From positions 1 through 50,392 of IMG/VR virus record IMGVR_UViG_3300048592_000543: a stretch of 50,392 bases of DNA. One strand, written 5' to 3'. Both the position numbers and the translations under genes were made by a program. The DNA is from a virus. Lineage: Duplodnaviria > Caudoviricetes. Position 1 is the first letter of the stretch. Each line of letters opens with the position of its first letter. This document shows positions 1 through 8,340 of this stretch, one piece after another. Under the pieces are notes generated by a model, which was not told the DNA's origin, did no database searches, and saw nothing but the letters and a program-made list of their open reading frames with translations.

Positions 1-127
1 TTTTTCGATCATAAATTAGTTTCTCTTTCAGTCGCTGAAAATTTTGTCTTTCGTACTGTGCATGAGCTATCGAGAAATCGATCAGATATCTACAAAAAAT
101 CTCTTTTATCAAGATGGGTAGAGTCGT
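1..127. repeat. Terminal direct repeat copy 1 (circular contig overlap)
   Basis: Positions 1-127 are identical to 50266-50392; 127 nt equals a common assembler k-mer, and an ORF reads through the junction. Confidence 0.95.
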
Positions 128-180
128 TTTATTTCCATGAGATGAACAAAGTCAATTTGAGAAATAGGGAGCAAAATTGA
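1..180 (+). CDS. 3' part of the origin-spanning QueD/PTPS-like ORF that starts at 49852
   Basis: Frame 1 continues the ORF from 49852 (FFDHKLVSLSVAEN...NREQN) to TGA at 178-180. Confidence 0.7.
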   Translation, partial: FFDHKLVSLSVAENFVFRTVHELSRNRSDIYKKSLLSRWVESFYFHEMNKVNLRNREQN

Positions 181-208
181 AACGATCGTTTCAAAAAACT
201 CGAGATTT

Positions 209-253
209 GCATCAAATTTGATGCTTGACATATCACGATAATAATTTTACATT
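209..253 (+). promoter_or_regulatory. Sigma70-type promoter with abutting palindromic operator
   Basis: GCATCAAATTTGATGC perfect palindrome at 209-224, TTGACA at 225-230, 17-nt spacer, TACATT at 248-253, upstream of the recombination genes. Confidence 0.7.
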
Positions 254-288
254 TCGGAAACGTGTTAACAATAATAACGAGGATTTAC

Positions 289-1098
289 ATGCAAAACGAA
301 TATCAAATTGAGTTTATCGAATTGCCGGACAAGGACTATCGAGCGATCAACGCGCTTAATCACAGTTCGTTGAAAAACCTATTCCCGCCAAAGACACCGC
401 TTGATTTCAAGTTTTTCAAAGAACAGCCATCAAAATCAAGTGAGTCGATGGATTTCGGGACGGCAGTTCATCTTGCTGTGTTTGAACCGTCAATTGTCGA
501 GTCAAAAATTGCTGTCGCTCCTGATTGCGACAAACGAACAAAAGCAGGAAAAGATCAACACGCCGAATTTTTATTTGCGAATGAAGGAAAGATTATCATC
601 ACGCAAGAACAAGCAGACTCGATTTTATGGATTGTCGATGCTGTTGAACGACACACATTTCTACAATCAATTTTTAAAGAAAAAAGATTGAATGAAATGG
701 TAGGCAAATTTATCTGGGATGATGTGAATTGCAAGTTTAAAGCAGATTGTATTGTTCCTAGTCAAAATTTGATTATCGATCTCAAAACAACACAAGCAGG
801 ACATGATAGGGCATTTGCTCATTCTGTGCATGAGTATTGCTACCATACTCAGGCTGAATTTTATATGACTGGATGTGAGTTTATTACCGCGAACACATGG
901 GATAATTTTTTGTGGATCGCAGTAGAAAGCAAACCGCCTCATCATATTTATCTCTATGAGCCAGAAGCAACATGGTTGAATACTGCTAGAGATCAATTAC
1001 AAAATGCGATTGATCTGTATATCGAGTGTGAAAAAAATGCTTGCTGGCCAGGAGTTGAGCCAATTAAAAGAATTCTGCAAGCTCCAAAGTGGTACTGA
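289..1098 (+). CDS. RecE/exonuclease VIII-like PD-(D/E)XK exonuclease (DUF3799-like)
   Basis: Motifs DYRAINALNHSSLK, MDFGTAVHLAVFEP, CKFKAD, IIDLKTT, YHTQAEFY; start moved to ATG 289 with GAGG upstream. Confidence 0.85.
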   Translation: MQNEYQIEFIELPDKDYRAINALNHSSLKNLFPPKTPLDFKFFKEQPSKSSESMDFGTAVHLAVFEPSIVESKIAVAPDCDKRTKAGKDQHAEFLFANEGKIIITQEQADSILWIVDAVERHTFLQSIFKEKRLNEMVGKFIWDDVNCKFKADCIVPSQNLIIDLKTTQAGHDRAFAHSVHEYCYHTQAEFYMTGCEFITANTWDNFLWIAVESKPPHHIYLYEPEATWLNTARDQLQNAIDLYIECEKNACWPGVEPIKRILQAPKWY

Positions 1099-1135
1099 AA
1101 TGAATATTAAATATGAATTTGAAAGGATCAAAACA

Positions 1136-1906
1136 ATGGAAAACAAGGGAATAATTGCAAAGAAAATGTGTCTGGTGATGGATGAGATAAAAGCGATTGA
1201 AAAAAACAAACATAATCCGCAAGGGTGGAAATTTAGAGGGATTGACGATGTCTATAACGAACTACATAGCGCAATGGCAAAGCATGGGGTTTTTTGTTTG
1301 CCGATTGTAAACTGCACCATTTTCCGAGAAAAAATCAAAAGTCAAAAAGGCGCTGAAGGCTGGCACCAAATTTTAGAAATCACCTACAAATTTATGGCTG
1401 AAGATGGATCCTATGTCGAGGCTAAAACATGGGGAGAGGCTAGTGAGTATAATGCTGATAAGCTCACAAATAAATGCATGAGCGCCGCTCACAAATATGC
1501 TCTGCTACAAACATTTTTGATCCCTGTTGATGATCTTGAGGATAATGATAAAGACAATAATATTGAGCAACGACAAAATGGTAATGAGAGAGCGTCTCGG
1601 CGACAACCACCACAACAACAACAACAACAGCAGCAACGGCCGGCACAGCAACCACAGCAACCACAGCAACCACAGCAACCACAGCAACAACCAGCAAATG
1701 AAAAATTGAAGGTGATGATCGAACAGATTGTTGGATTTTTTGCAAGATACCAGATCAAACAATCTGACCTCGAGGCTTATATTGGGTGTAAACTAGAGAG
1801 CATGTCGAGAGAGCATTTTGACGCAATTAAATCGGCTAAAGAAAAAATTCTGGCTGGTGAGAATGCATTTACAATTTTTGGATTACAGGAGCATGGGCAA
1901 TGGTAA
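1136..1906 (+). CDS. ERF-family single-strand annealing protein with poly-Gln linker
   Basis: KFRGIDDVYN...KHGV and DK..NKCMSAAHKYALLQTFLIP...DND motifs; adjacent to exonuclease; AAGGA RBS before ATG 1136 (ATG 1100 is an alternative). Confidence 0.8.
   Translation: MENKGIIAKKMCLVMDEIKAIEKNKHNPQGWKFRGIDDVYNELHSAMAKHGVFCLPIVNCTIFREKIKSQKGAEGWHQILEITYKFMAEDGSYVEAKTWGEASEYNADKLTNKCMSAAHKYALLQTFLIPVDDLEDNDKDNNIEQRQNGNERASRRQPPQQQQQQQQRPAQQPQQPQQPQQPQQQPANEKLKVMIEQIVGFFARYQIKQSDLEAYIGCKLESMSREHFDAIKSAKEKILAGENAFTIFGLQEHGQW
1613..1688 (+). repeat. (CAA)5 plus five tandem copies of CACAGCAAC, encoding the Q/QQP linker
   Basis: CAA x5 at 1613-1627; 9-bp unit x5 at 1644-1688. Confidence 0.9.
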
Positions 1907-2163
1907 GTTTACCAATAAAAAGAATTTTGTGGAGATCAAAAAAATTCAGCGCGAGACATTACAGTGATGAAGATGTCATCACCATCATCTTTGATGCATT
2001 TGAGCCAGATCAGAGCATCAAAATCCCATTGCTGCTCATGTGCCGAGCATCTCATCGAGATGCCGAGAAGTGGCTAAAAACCACGTTTGATATGCAATGG
2101 GTTTATGTCTCGGACGGCAGCAATGAGATCAGCATTCGGGAGTGGTCAAAAAATGAACAGTGA
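1900..2163 (+). CDS. Hypothetical protein
   Basis: Overlaps ERF stop, GGAG upstream, operon context. Confidence 0.6.
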   Translation: MVSLPIKRILWRSKKFSARHYSDEDVITIIFDAFEPDQSIKIPLLLMCRASHRDAEKWLKTTFDMQWVYVSDGSNEISIREWSKNEQ

Positions 2164-2374
2164 ACTAGAGCCTGAACTAGACAGATATCTCAGACTTGTA
2201 TGCGAATCCGAAGAAAATATGGAAATAGCGCATAGACTAAATAAGGAATTTCCCAAAGAGATCAAAGAGATATTTGATTCTTGCAGTGAAATCTCAGAAA
2301 ATTGCCGCATAGTAAATTGTGATGTTTTTTGGCTTAGGCTGAAAGAGCTTGAGAAAAGACTAGCGATATCCTAG
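2153..2374 (+). CDS. Hypothetical protein
   Basis: ATG 2153 with GGAG upstream, coupled to previous gene. Confidence 0.6.
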   Translation: MNSELEPELDRYLRLVCESEENMEIAHRLNKEFPKEIKEIFDSCSEISENCRIVNCDVFWLRLKELEKRLAIS

Positions 2375-2387
2375 ATTTGATTCCGTT

Positions 2388-2416
2388 TTGCGAATTTTTT
2401 TTTGCTATGTCATAAT
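2388..2416 (+). promoter_or_regulatory. Putative sigma70 promoter of the replication module
   Basis: TTGCGA-17 nt-CATAAT with TG extended -10 element. Confidence 0.5.
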
Positions 2417-2485
2417 TTCGTCCGATTCAGACGAAACTATGGCGTAGCTAGTTTTTATGAAGTAATTCAATTCATTGGAGTCAAA

Positions 2486-3361
2486 ATGCTTAAAAAATGC
2501 ACAGTATTTTTGGAAGGAGTTGAGTACTCAATTGATCCGAGATTAGTTGATTTTCTTAATTTGCTGGAATACTTCGGTTTTTTTATTCGTCGCGGTGTAG
2601 AAAATCAGTGGTTTTTGAGCAAAAATTTACATCCTTGTGTAATTGCTCAGAAAAATCATGTTGGCGACACCCCCCCCAAAAGCAAAACGGTTCTCCCCCC
2701 CAGACCCCCCCACTCCGGACATCTCTCTTACTCTCATACTTATTTTTTGATCGCGCTAAGAAACGTAGTTGAAGCATCGATTTGTAAGCCCGACTCTAGC
2801 CGCGATTTATCCGAGATCTTTTTTCTTTGCGATGTTCTGGGTTCTGTCGTCTCTGTGCTATGCGTTTCTGATGAGGCTGCAAACGCTTTTTGTGCTGCGA
2901 TGGAAGCAACCGAAGGTTCGGATGGCAATGAAATTGCTACTAATGATCTGCCTGTAGTTGGTGGGTGTGTCAAGGACAAAATGAAAAGCCCTGTGAAATC
3001 GAAGAAAGAAAAAATTACCGTTTCAGAAACTGTGCAGAAAATAAGCAGCGAGTGGTTGCAATCCGCAATCAGAAAGATGCCGCATCTCAAACAGAGATTC
3101 ACACAAGAAAAATTTGAGTTGGCAGTAAATAAAATAAAAACATATACAAAAGCAAATGATGAGCAAATCTATGAGATATGGGAGTTTATCAAGAATGATC
3201 AATTTTGGTCTGATCAAGCTATATCGCCTCTTGGATTAATGCAAATTTCAAAAAACGGGAATTATAAGCTTGACAATGTACTCATCCAGATGAGATCAAA
3301 ATTGATACGAGAAAATCCGTTTTTGGAAAATGATGATGACTGGAAAAATCCATTTGTGTAG
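2486..3361 (+). CDS. Putative phage replication initiator (lambda O/DnaD-like C-terminus)
   Basis: C-terminal WEFIKNDQFWSDQAISP...KLDNVLIQM resembles phage initiator C-domains; directly upstream of a helicase-loader-like gene; GGAG RBS before ATG 2486. Confidence 0.55.
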   Translation: MLKKCTVFLEGVEYSIDPRLVDFLNLLEYFGFFIRRGVENQWFLSKNLHPCVIAQKNHVGDTPPKSKTVLPPRPPHSGHLSYSHTYFLIALRNVVEASICKPDSSRDLSEIFFLCDVLGSVVSVLCVSDEAANAFCAAMEATEGSDGNEIATNDLPVVGGCVKDKMKSPVKSKKEKITVSETVQKISSEWLQSAIRKMPHLKQRFTQEKFELAVNKIKTYTKANDEQIYEIWEFIKNDQFWSDQAISPLGLMQISKNGNYKLDNVLIQMRSKLIRENPFLENDDDWKNPFV

Positions 3362-3373
3362 ATTGGTTTCACA

Positions 3374-4003
3374 ATGAATCAAGAACAGCTTCTATTTGTT
3401 CTTCGGAGCTTTGCCGATGTGTTGCCGTATAGAGCGCCCGATTTCTCGAAAAAAACAGTTTGCTGGTATTGGTATGAGGAGTTTAAGAACTACTCTATAG
3501 ATGATTTAAAAGCTGTAGTTAGATCTCTGATAAAAAGACTGGATCATTTCCCATCGATTTCTGAGATGCATAATGCTCTTGGTAGTATTGTAATATCCGA
3601 TGAATCTCTAGCGCAAACAACATCAATATCGATTATAACAGCTATAAGAAAGTTTGGCTGGTGCAATGAAAGTGAAGCTCTTGCATATATCGGAGAATTT
3701 GGCGCAAAAGTCGTCAAAGCATATGGCGGATGGGTTTGCGTTTGTGATCATGTTACGAATGAAAATATGTCTTATTTTTCTCATCAGATAAAAGAAACAG
3801 CGCAAACAATACTGAGAACAAAAGAAAAATGCTTACCAGAATTGCCAGAAGAAACGAAAAAAATCATAGCCTGTATCGCCGAATCTGTATCAGTAGGGAG
3901 CGGAAATGAAAAAAGAACAAGAGATCCAAAAACAGATCTTAGACTGGCTCTCAAGGGAAAAGTACAAATGCTGGAAGAACTACCTTGGGCCTATGATGAT
4001 TAG
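3374..4003 (+). CDS. Putative replicative helicase loader/inhibitor (G39P-like N-terminus, DUF6475-like C-terminus)
   Basis: WYEEFKNY...FPSISEM and AIRKFG...VKAYGGW patterns; position after initiator. Confidence 0.6.
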   Translation: MNQEQLLFVLRSFADVLPYRAPDFSKKTVCWYWYEEFKNYSIDDLKAVVRSLIKRLDHFPSISEMHNALGSIVISDESLAQTTSISIITAIRKFGWCNESEALAYIGEFGAKVVKAYGGWVCVCDHVTNENMSYFSHQIKETAQTILRTKEKCLPELPEETKKIIACIAESVSVGSGNEKRTRDPKTDLRLALKGKVQMLEELPWAYDD

Positions 4004-4259
4004 AGGTGGGTATTTCGCTAAAAATAAAAATGCTGGTCAGCCCGATATTTTTGGGATGCTAAAGAATGGATCCGGTAGGCTTTTTGGTATCGAGGTCAAA
4101 ACAGAAGTAGGAAGATTATCAGATGAACAGCGGCGCGAGCTAAAAGAGCTTGAAGACGCTGGAGCGCTGATCATCATAGCTAGAGATCTTGAGACTGTAA
4201 AAACAATATTAGCAACAGGAGAGGCTAACAATGGCAATCATGCAAATTTTGATCAGTAG
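3906..4259 (+). CDS. VRR-NUC domain nuclease (Holliday junction resolvase-like)
   Basis: EQEIQKQILDWL, GQPDI, GIEVKTEVGRLSDEQ motifs; GGGAG RBS. Confidence 0.9.
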   Translation: MKKEQEIQKQILDWLSREKYKCWKNYLGPMMIRGGYFAKNKNAGQPDIFGMLKNGSGRLFGIEVKTEVGRLSDEQRRELKELEDAGALIIIARDLETVKTILATGEANNGNHANFDQ

Positions 4260-5151
4260 CGTAAAAGTGAGAAGCGATTGGAATATCAGAAAAACGCTTA
4301 TACTTCCAGATCTAAACAGCCTGAAAGCATCGATTGCAGAAATAGGTTTGCAACACCCAATCACTATAAACTCTAACAATGAACTTGTGGCTGGATATAG
4401 GCGATATGCAGCGTGTTCGGCTCTTGGGCATACAACAATACTAGCAAATGTTATGGAATTTAAAACAGAATTGCATGAGAGATTAGCGCATATTGATGAA
4501 AACCTTGAAAGCAAAACTCTCAATGAAAAAGAACTAGAAAAGGCGCTATCTGAAAGAAAAAGAATATACGAAACACTTTACCCAATATCCAAAAAAACAG
4601 GACCAAAAAAAGAAACAGAACAGCAAAAAAGCTTTGCAACAGAAACGGCAGAAAAAACCGGAATCGATGAAAGCAAAATACGAAAACTTACCAGGCGTGT
4701 CGATGATGTTACTGATGAAGTAAGAATAGCATACGAAGAAGACAAGATTAATGTATCTCAAATCGATGAAATAGTAAAACTAGACAAAGAAGATCAAAAT
4801 AAAATTCTCAAAAAAATAATAGGAACATCAATCGCAGAAACTAGATTGATTGTTAATGATTTTCTGAAAGCAAAAGCTGAAAAGCTTAAACCAAATGCTG
4901 CAAAGAAAAAGAGAAACCAGGCAGAAAATCCAATCATCGCCGATAAATTGGATGAAAGAGTCGTTGACGCAATCCTAGAATCGCAAAAAATACAACGCTA
5001 TTTATCCGGAGCAATAGGAGCAATTGACCACACTATTGGCAAAAAACTATTGCAATATTTGGATGATTCGGAGAAACAAAAATTAAGAAGAAGCATAAAA
5101 CAAGCACAAAATAGATTTGAAAAAATATTTATTGAAATTGGAGATGAATAG
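4231..5151 (+). CDS. ParB/Srx N-terminal domain protein with HTH region
   Basis: LKASIAEIGLQHPITI...LVAGYRRYAAC...IDENL motif; AEKTGIDESKIRK HTH-like segment. Confidence 0.85.
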   Translation: MAIMQILISSVKVRSDWNIRKTLILPDLNSLKASIAEIGLQHPITINSNNELVAGYRRYAACSALGHTTILANVMEFKTELHERLAHIDENLESKTLNEKELEKALSERKRIYETLYPISKKTGPKKETEQQKSFATETAEKTGIDESKIRKLTRRVDDVTDEVRIAYEEDKINVSQIDEIVKLDKEDQNKILKKIIGTSIAETRLIVNDFLKAKAEKLKPNAAKKKRNQAENPIIADKLDERVVDAILESQKIQRYLSGAIGAIDHTIGKKLLQYLDDSEKQKLRRSIKQAQNRFEKIFIEIGDE

Positions 5152-5448
5152 ATGAATGGTGAGGATGTTCGGGTTCTAATGGAATCACTAAAAAAGAACT
5201 GGCTAGATTTTAAAGATGTCGAAAAAGTAAACGTAAAACAGCTTAGTAAAGAAGTAGATATCCCAGTAACAACAATGTGGTGTCATTTTCAGGGACAAAG
5301 AAAGTGGACGCTACTACCATTTCTAAAGAGCGCTCTTTACTTCGGAGCGCTTCGCGTTGATCTCAAAAAATGCGCTCTCACAATAAAATTTCCTGTAACC
5401 GAGCAAAACAGGAGAATCCTAAAGAGATTTGGAGTAACAAAAAAATGA
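5152..5448 (+). CDS. Putative HTH DNA-binding protein
   Basis: VKQLSKEVDIPVTTMWCHFQGQRKW resembles an XRE/Cro HTH. Confidence 0.55.
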   Translation: MNGEDVRVLMESLKKNWLDFKDVEKVNVKQLSKEVDIPVTTMWCHFQGQRKWTLLPFLKSALYFGALRVDLKKCALTIKFPVTEQNRRILKRFGVTKK

Positions 5449-5885
5449 AACTAATGAAAACCCATCCATCGAAAGTTATTCTGCATTGCTCGGCAAGTCC
5501 AGATTACACTAAGCTTGATGATAAATTCGACAGCATCACCGCCGATACAATCAACGCATGGCACATTGCTAGGGGTTTCGACAAAATCGGGTATCATTTT
5601 GTTATAAGGCGGAGTGGAAAACTCGAAACAGGAAGATTTTTAGACCAATTTTCTTGTGAGATCGGCGCACACACTATCGGCCACAACAACAATTCTGTCG
5701 GGATTTGTCTTGTCGGCACAAGGAAATTTACCGATGAGCAGATGAAAACGCTTGTAAAATTGGCGATGGAGCTAAAATTGCTCTATGGGATAGGTAAAAA
5801 TGCTTGGCATGGGCATTGTGAGTTTGCGGCAAAAGAGTGTCCAGGCATTTCGATGGACTATGTCAAAAATTTATTTGATTTTTGA
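5445..5885 (+). CDS. N-acetylmuramoyl-L-alanine amidase (T7 lysozyme/Amidase_2 type endolysin)
   Basis: VILHCSA, WHIARGFDKIGYHFVI, GAHTIGHNNNSVGICLVG, HGHCEFAAKECP; ATGA overlap with upstream stop. Confidence 0.92.
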   Translation: MKLMKTHPSKVILHCSASPDYTKLDDKFDSITADTINAWHIARGFDKIGYHFVIRRSGKLETGRFLDQFSCEIGAHTIGHNNNSVGICLVGTRKFTDEQMKTLVKLAMELKLLYGIGKNAWHGHCEFAAKECPGISMDYVKNLFDF

Positions 5886-5962
5886 AAAATAAAGATTATT
5901 CTTTAACTAGGTAAAAACCTTACCTTTTAGATTTCAAATTGCGAATCTTGGGGGGGAAAAGA

Positions 5963-6172
5963 ATGATCAGAAGGATTTATATTGAAAAAGGCAGCAAAAT
6001 TTTTTTTGGGGATTCCGAAAAATCAAGAGAGCTAAATCTTGTTTGCAAAGATGCAACAATCTTGGGGAAAAGTGGGAATCAAATAAAAATTGATTCTTGT
6101 GGAAAAATAACAAGCCTTCCGTTACAAGATTTTTTTGACGAAGACGAGGAAGGAATATTTTTTGAGGTTTAA
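5963..6172 (+). CDS. Hypothetical protein
   Basis: GGGGG RBS, operon context. Confidence 0.5.
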   Translation: MIRRIYIEKGSKIFFGDSEKSRELNLVCKDATILGKSGNQIKIDSCGKITSLPLQDFFDEDEEGIFFEV

Positions 6173-6174
6173 AA

Positions 6175-6516
6175 ATGAACATCATCGAAGCTGTGACTAC
6201 CGCATCAACTCGCCAAATCGGTATTATGAATTTAGAACGTAATGAATGGATCATCATTAGCGGCGGCGCGCTTCGCTGGAAAAACAATCGCCAACCAGCA
6301 TCATTATCACCGAAGGACATCATGAGTCAAAAATGGATTACAGAAGATGATTTAATCACAGTTTCAAAGCTTCAAATCGATGAGGCATTAAGTTTTTTAC
6401 AGCCAACAAAAAATGAACAAGGCGAGCTAGATATTGTTGGTTATGAACACTTTATCGATAGTATCATGCGAGCATCGCATACTAATAAATCTCGCGTACC
6501 AGAGCCAGGAGAGTGA
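6175..6516 (+). CDS. Hypothetical protein, weak DUF2829/Tad2-like pattern
   Basis: GAGG RBS; MNIIEA start and SPKDIMSQKW motif. Confidence 0.6.
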   Translation: MNIIEAVTTASTRQIGIMNLERNEWIIISGGALRWKNNRQPASLSPKDIMSQKWITEDDLITVSKLQIDEALSFLQPTKNEQGELDIVGYEHFIDSIMRASHTNKSRVPEPGE

Positions 6517-6836
6517 AGATGAGTGATCATGCAAATGAAATGTTTTTGAAATGGAAAGAATCGTTAAATGCTGGTGATTTTTCAAAAGCGCATTATTTTG
6601 AAAGATCGTATTGGGCAATTCGCGGACAGGATACCATGCTTTCTGAATTAAAATCAGATAGACTAGATTTACAACGCAAGCTTGGAGAAGAAAAAGACCT
6701 TTCTGAAATATATGAAAAAAGAGCCGCCGATCTTACAGAAAAACTCGAAACCGTAAATGCAGCATTGCAAAAATCATCAGAACAAAATTCAGTATTGAAG
6801 CAAAATTTAGAAAAAGAGCGCTCCAAGAAAAAATAG
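6513..6836 (+). CDS. Coiled-coil hypothetical protein
   Basis: Heptad-rich E/K/L C-terminus; coupled to upstream gene. Confidence 0.65.
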   Translation: MKMSDHANEMFLKWKESLNAGDFSKAHYFERSYWAIRGQDTMLSELKSDRLDLQRKLGEEKDLSEIYEKRAADLTEKLETVNAALQKSSEQNSVLKQNLEKERSKKK

Positions 6837-6856
6837 GGGTTTAATTTATAAACCCC
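6828..6856. terminator. Intrinsic terminator at convergence of + and - genes
   Basis: GGGGTTTA/TAAACCCC stem at 6836-6856; U-tract on the - strand. Confidence 0.65.
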
Positions 6857-6894
6857 CACAATTCAGGAATATGAGATTTGATGGTGTATCAGCA

Positions 6895-7152
6895 TCATCC
6901 CATAATTTGAGCGATATTCAAGAATTTTCTATAGAGACTGTTTTTTGATTCCTGTGATTTCTCATTAAGAGTCGAATACATTCTTAGCATTTCTAGCTGT
7001 GTTTTTTGCGTTGTTGCCTTAAGCCTCGCATCATTGTCAGCAATTTGTTTTGCTATTTTTACTTCCATCTCTTTTGTGCGCTGGTTTATGCGCTCTAGCA
7101 TGTCACCAACCATGTTTTCTCTCTTTACTATTTCTTTGTATTTTACTGCCAT
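6895..7152 (-). CDS. Helical hypothetical protein
   Basis: Starts 2 nt after the CAP gene stop; coiled-coil-like composition. Confidence 0.6.
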   Translation of the reverse strand: MAVKYKEIVKRENMVGDMLERINQRTKEMEVKIAKQIADNDARLKATTQKTQLEMLRMYSTLNEKSQESKNSLYRKFLNIAQIMG

Positions 7153-7154
7153 GA

Positions 7155-7589
7155 TTACCTACTAAAAACGCAAACCCAATAATTAAGATGCATACCGCAC
7201 CCGATCTTTTCCCAAGATGGATCTAGCACAATTTGTTTGTGCTTCGGCGAATCTAGCAGTTTTTTAATAGCTTCGCTCGGCTTAATTTCATTGCACACAA
7301 TTACTTGTTCGGCTTTTGACGGCTCAAAGCCACAACGCCGCATTCTTGTGGCAAAAGAAGATCTATCAGAACCCACAGCAGAACAATATTTGTTTTTGCC
7401 GGTATCGAGAGCATGTGTTTGACTCGCGCATTGCAATTTTGAATTGATTGCGAGTGGTGCAAGATTACGATCAATTCTTTCGTAATTAAGCATTTTCTCA
7501 AACGGCATTGTATCACCTGCCAACGCAATTGTTCCGGATGAAATGAAGTAAAAAAACGAAAGAATTACCATCAAAAAAGCTTTAAACAT
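7155..7589 (-). CDS. Secreted CAP/SCP-domain protein
   Basis: Signal peptide ending ALA; LNYER...LAPL...LQCASQTHA...DSPKHKQIVLDP...IGCG...YWVCVF is the CAP pattern. Confidence 0.85.
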   Translation of the reverse strand: MFKAFLMVILSFFYFISSGTIALAGDTMPFEKMLNYERIDRNLAPLAINSKLQCASQTHALDTGKNKYCSAVGSDRSSFATRMRRCGFEPSKAEQVIVCNEIKPSEAIKKLLDSPKHKQIVLDPSWEKIGCGMHLNYWVCVFSR

Positions 7590-7701
7590 ACCATCTCCTT
7601 TTCACAAAAAATTAATTTTTATCACTCGCATTTGAGGATATGTTACGATGATAACGGCAATGTGCGCGCATATCAAATAAACTCTTTCGAAAGGTGAGAA
7701 A

Positions 7702-8256
7702 ATGGCAACCGAGCAAACATTAGACACAATCAATAATGTTAATCTCAAAGTCGTGCAAGAAGAACCATCTTGGGCAGCTGCACAACGGCAATTAGGAGCG
7801 GCGGCGCATCAAGATCGGCATGACCGCTTGTCTGAAGTCATGTACTCAGATCTTCTTGAGCATCGCAAGCATGTTAACACCCTGGCAACAACGTACCTAG
7901 GACGCATTTGTGACAACGCTAGCTCGCTGGATCCGGTTGAGGCAATCAGCATGGCCAAAGCTTTTAAAGGTGAATCTGATAGCTCAATCACTTCTCTGAT
8001 GGCCGCGCTTTCATCAGGGCAAATCGGCGGTAAAATCGCCATGACAACCCCACCGGAGACCGGTGTTACTCAAATGATTGCACAGCTAAACGCGCTCACT
8101 AACCAAAATAGCCAGAACAGCGGCACCATTGCTGCTCAAGTAATGGCGATGGCGAATGCGATGAATCACACAAACCAAAGCACAAATGCAGCAATGGTAG
8201 CTATTGCGCAAGTTTTGGCAAAATTAGCTCAGACCGTACCGCCGATTACTGGTTGA
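7702..8256 (+). CDS. RebB-like (R-body-like) protein, copy 1
   Basis: AAGGTGA RBS; N-terminal LDTINNVNLKVVQEEPSWA; Ala/Gln/Asn/Met/Thr-rich; paralog of next gene. The CDS is clear; the Reb assignment is by motif only. Confidence 0.6.
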   Translation: MATEQTLDTINNVNLKVVQEEPSWAAAQRQLGAAAHQDRHDRLSEVMYSDLLEHRKHVNTLATTYLGRICDNASSLDPVEAISMAKAFKGESDSSITSLMAALSSGQIGGKIAMTTPPETGVTQMIAQLNALTNQNSQNSGTIAAQVMAMANAMNHTNQSTNAAMVAIAQVLAKLAQTVPPITG

Positions 8257-8340
8257 TTTACCAAATTTTAACTAGGCATAAAACAATTGTTTGAATAAAC
8301 TCGCTAAAGTTTCTCTAAACAACATACGAAAGGAAAGATT

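Noticed and set aside
1464-1762. Cys-rich, Val-rich and Leu/Trp-rich ORFs on the - strand (e.g. CCCGCCGCC)
   Set aside because: They are antisense shadows of the CAA/CACAGCAAC repeat in the ERF gene
8044-8256. PPETG/PPITG as sortase LPxTG signals
   Set aside because: No following TM helix or basic tail, no signal peptide and no sortase in the genome
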